From positions 310,001 to 374,000 of the forward strand of contig QPMI01000005.1 in assembly GCA_004431415.1 (NCBI GenBank): a stretch of DNA of 64,000 nt, written 5' to 3'. Under the pieces are notes generated by a model, which was not told where the DNA came from, made no database searches, and saw nothing but the letters and a program-made list of their open reading frames with translations. Positions 60,501-64,000 of the stretch are shown here, piece by piece (position 1 is the first letter of the stretch; each line of letters opens with the position of its first letter). The DNA comes from Cyanophora paradoxa CCMP329 (Eukaryota > Plantae > Glaucophyta). A program made the position numbers and the translations under genes.

Positions 60501-63453
60501 GGACCAGCGTCCCAGCCTCCCAGAGGTCGCCTCGCGCGAGCGCAGCCACTGGAGCGCTTGGTGGTCCGTCCGGACCAGGAACTGGGGCCCTCCAAGAGGA
60601 AGTGCCGCCAGTATTTTATTGCCCATACAACCGCCAAGCACTCGAGCTCGGTGGCGGTGTAATTCCGCTCAGCGGGCGCCAGCGTTCGGCTGATGAACGC
60701 GATGGGCCGCTCACGGGCGGGCGAGCCGCCGTCGGACTGCGACAGGATCGCGCCGATGGCGTACGTCGACGCGTCGGTCGACAGGATGAAGGGCCGCTCG
60801 AAATCCGGGTACCCGAGTACCAGATCCTCGAGCAGGGCAGCCTTCAGCGCCTCGAAGGCGGCTTGGTGGACCTCGGTCCATTGCCACACGGCGTCCCGAA
60901 GCAGCAGGCGCTGCAAAGGGTGGGTGACACGGGCAAACCCGTTCACGAACCGCCGGTAGTACCCGGCCAAGCCCAGGAACGACCTCAATTGGTCAGCGTT
61001 CGCTGGCGGCGGGTACTGGCGAATGAACGCCAGCTTCGCGGGTCCTGGCGGATCCCCTCGGCCGAGACGAGGTGCCCGAGCAGGGCAACCTCAGCCACCC
61101 CGAAGCGGCACTTGGAGGGCTTCAGGCGCAAGTTCGCCGGCATGATTGCGCGGAACAAGGCCTCGAGGTCCAGCAGGTGCTGGGGCACGCTCGGCGAGAA
61201 CACCGTTATATCGTCGATATAAGCGGTGACGCAAGTCGTGAGCAGGGGGCCGAGGATGGCGGTCACGGCGCGCGAGAAGGCGGCCGGCCCGTTGGTCACG
61301 CCAAACGGGGTCACGCGCCACTCGTAGTGGCCCAGGGCACCACGAAGGCCGTGTACTGCCGGGACGCAGGGTCCAGCGGCAGCTGCCAGAAGCCCGCCGT
61401 CGCGTCGACGGTCGAGAAGATCATGGACCCCCGCAGGCGGTCCAGCTGATCGTCGATCCGCGGCAGCGGAAAGACGTCGCGCTCGGTGATTGCATTTAAG
61501 CGTCGGTAATCGACGCAGAACCGCCAGGTGCCGTCCTTCTTAGGAGCGAGCACGACCGGCGAGCCGTAGGCGGCTTGCGAGGGCTGGATCAAGCCCAGCT
61601 CAAGGAGCCGCTTTATTTCAGCACGGGCGAAGGCCTCGGCGTGCGGGCTTACACGCCGCGGGGCGTGAAGACGGGCAGCCGTGAGGTCAATCGGATCACG
61701 TGCTCGTAGTGGAGGAGGTTGGCCGTGCCCTCGGTGGCCGTGACCGAGTCGGCGAACGCGCACGAATAGCGCTTGAGCAGAGCCTCGAGCTCGGCGCGTT
61801 CAGCAGTGCTCATCGCCGGATGCGAGCCGCATTCCGGGATTTTAGCACGTGCTCGGTTCCACTCCTCCTCTTCGGAAGACGACGTCCCCGTCGTTTCCGG
61901 AGGCGCCCGCGGGGGCCGCCATGGGAGGGTCCAGGCGCTGGGCCCGGAGGGCGGCTCGCAGCGGCGCCTTGCCCTTGTCCCTGCCGCGCGCGGCAGAGGA
62001 CTCGGCTGCAGAAGGCGCGCCCGGCGCGTCCGTGGTACGGACGGAGCAGCCAGGGCCGTCCAGCGGCGCTGGTGCCGTCGCGGGGCGGGCAGCAGCTGTG
62101 CTCGGCGCAGGCGCCGGCTGCTCGGCTGCGTCGGCAGCGAGATTTATTTGATCCCCGGAGGGATTGGTTGGGACTACGTTAGCCCCTTGACGCGCAACGC
62201 GCGCCGCGCGGGCGCGGCGGCGTGCGGCGCGCTCGGCGCGGCGGGCCGGCCGGGTTCGTTCACGCTCCTCTGGGAGGTCCAACCCGGGTACCGACGTCGC
62301 GCTCGAGCTCCGAGTCGGTGTCGGACGACACCGGCTCATCGTGGAGCGCGAGGCCCTCCATCGTGACGATGGGGACCTCATGGCCCTCGTCGTCGTCGTC
62401 GCGCATCATGCGGACAAACAGCGGAGGTGCGCTCGGCGCAGGCTCCTGCCGGTGGCTGCAGTCGCATCGGACTGCCGGGCGGCGGGTGCCGCAAAGATAG
62501 GCCCCGGGGCAGGGTGCTGGGCGTCGGCGCGCCCTCAGCTGCCATATAAGCCGCGGCCGTTCGATTGGCCCGGCGACGCATCGAGCGGAAGCCTTGGCCC
62601 CGTTTAGGGTAAAAGGCTCGCAGCGTGCGGATGAAAGTATCGGCGACTGCGCGCACGGGCGCATCGTCTGGTGGCGGGTCATACCCGAAGTCGCCGGGCG
62701 GCAGGTTGTTAGCCTCCGCCACCGCAACAACGGCCCCTGCTGGCAGCAGGACGGGCTCATTGGCGGGATTTAATAGCCGCACATGCAGGCTGCCGCCCGC
62801 GGCTGGGCGCCGGTGCAGCTGGTGGGGCGCGAGTACCCCGAGCGCCGACAAGGAGTCGGGCGCCGGCCCGACGGCGAGCGTCGGAGCCTGGTCCGCAGGC
62901 GGCGCAGGGCCGTCAATCACGCAGCGGACCATCCACTCGCGCGCGTCCTTCAGGACGACAGGGCGAAGGACCCGGACAAGGAGAGGCCCCTTCGTTTGTC
63001 CGGGCAGCAAAAAGGGATCACGTGGGGGCGGAATTGCGCGTCGCGCGCGTGCAGGCACCAGCCAGAGCTGGTCGTGTCTATCCGCCCCTCGACCATCATG
63101 ATCGTGCCGATGCCCACGAGCAGGTCGGCATTGGGGCCCAGGGAGCCGTCGGGGACGACGTACACGGCCCGCGAGACGTACACGTCACCGAAGCGCAGCA
63201 CGACGTGCGCGATTTCGGCCGTGATCGTGGCGTGGTGCAGGAAGGCCCTCAGGACCTTCACGCCCGTGTACCGGGTGCCCGGGGGCATGTGGCGCTTCTC
63301 GCCAACTTCGCCCATAGCGCCGGTGTCAAAGAGGATTTGGACACGCGTGCTAGCGCCGAGAGTGCCGTCGGCATTCAGGGCGTAGACGAATCCTGGGCAC
63401 TGCAGCTGCAGGCGCCGGAAATCGTGCGGGCGGCCCGAGATCCCATCGATCAC
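57540..63453 (-). CDS. pol: Retrotransposon pol polyprotein interrupted by several frameshifts
   Basis: Domains spread over consecutive ORFs 62950-63453, 62378-63058, 61311-61763, 60985-61314, 60470-60988, 59619-60641, 58280-59152 and 57540-58283. Confidence 0.85.
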
Positions 63454-64000
63454 ATGCGCAATCGGGATAGGGGCGTTGAGGCCGCCGGGCGGGGCGCCTT
63501 CGGGGGACTCCGGGACCGCGAGGTCCGACGGACGGTCCGGGCCGTACCCGGTGAGGTCACCAGGGTCGGCGGCGGCGTGGGGAAGTGCAGCGACGAGCGC
63601 TGCCGGCTGTTGCTGGCGTGCAACGCCGCGGACCGACTCTGCGGGGCTGCAGAGGTTTTCCGGTCCGGCCCGTCCGTGAGGGGCTGCGGCTCCCTGGTCG
63701 CAGCCGCCATGACGCTTTCGGCAATAGACCGCGGCTGCAGTGCAGCGCGCGTCGCGAAGTCGTCCTCGCCTTCATCGTCCCCGTAGACACGGAGGACGGC
63801 ACGGGCGCCAGGACGGCAGCGGCCCTCGGCCTGGCGCGCCTGGGCCTGCCCGATCAGCCGGAGCAGCTCGGATTCGATCCGATCGAACTGTTCCAAGCTG
63901 GAACGGCCGCAGCCCAAATCGTCGCTGCGACGTTAAGGGCCGCCCACGAGGCGCCGCTGGGCAGCGTCGTGCCCGGAAGATTGTGACCGGCGGCGGTCGC

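Larger units (their letters stand above)
56122..64000 (-). mobile_element. Ty3/gypsy LTR retrotransposon (PR-RT-RNaseH-integrase); 5' part outside window
   Basis: Protease ILFDTGA (about 63330), RT PKKDGTWRFCVDYRRLN and YIDD (about 61215), RNase H TDAS..IGAIL and ERNYTATELECLAVVWA, integrase HHCC finger plus WQVD/DNG/NGLVER and GPF motif; outer LTR boundary uncertain (56122, 56206 or 55681). Confidence 0.92.

Noticed and set aside
1-64000. Numerous long Arg/Pro/Ala/Gly-rich ORFs in the six-frame track (e.g. 48961-50349, 59690-61222, 23700-24986)
   Set aside because: Shadow frames caused by high GC and intron read-through; the real genes are explained by spliced models on other frames or strands
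1-64000. tRNA, rRNA or snRNA genes
   Set aside because: No convincing cloverleaf or conserved RNA motif recognised by eye; a covariance-model scan was not possible

Overview
GC-rich, gene-dense eukaryotic nuclear DNA with many short (about 60-100 nt) spliceosomal introns, so most six-frame ORFs are artefacts and genes had to be spliced by eye. Ciliary genes (TMEM17, PKD2-like, PG-repeat protein) and a signal-peptide-less, Phe-containing plastid-type transit peptide suggest a flagellated primary-plastid alga, possibly a glaucophyte such as Cyanophora (inference only). Content in order: 5'-truncated multi-GAF hybrid histidine kinase, a MITE-like element, Tim22, TMEM17, ZNF830, a collapsed Vps33 duplicate, an LRR-coiled-coil-RING gene, Vps33, a 2OG-Fe(II) oxygenase, cyclin H, a second LRR gene with a nonsense codon, two tandem SK-type K+ channels, a peroxisomal 4CL-like ligase, polyprenol reductase, a small membrane protein, a PG-repeat protein, a PKD2-like channel, an F-box/LRR protein, a triple glutaredoxin, an inserted element, and a Ty3/gypsy LTR retrotransposon running off the right end. 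The most unusual signals are non-coding: (1) a sense-strand GTACCCC intron motif that appears about 0.55-1.1 kb downstream of the ATG in many genes and is absent from others; (2) introns expanded by duplicated splice junctions separated by AT-rich fold-back filler; (3) very frequent GC-AG introns and intron turnover between repeated domains; (4) an LRR family with fixed caps and variable concave-face residues, one member fused to a RING domain.
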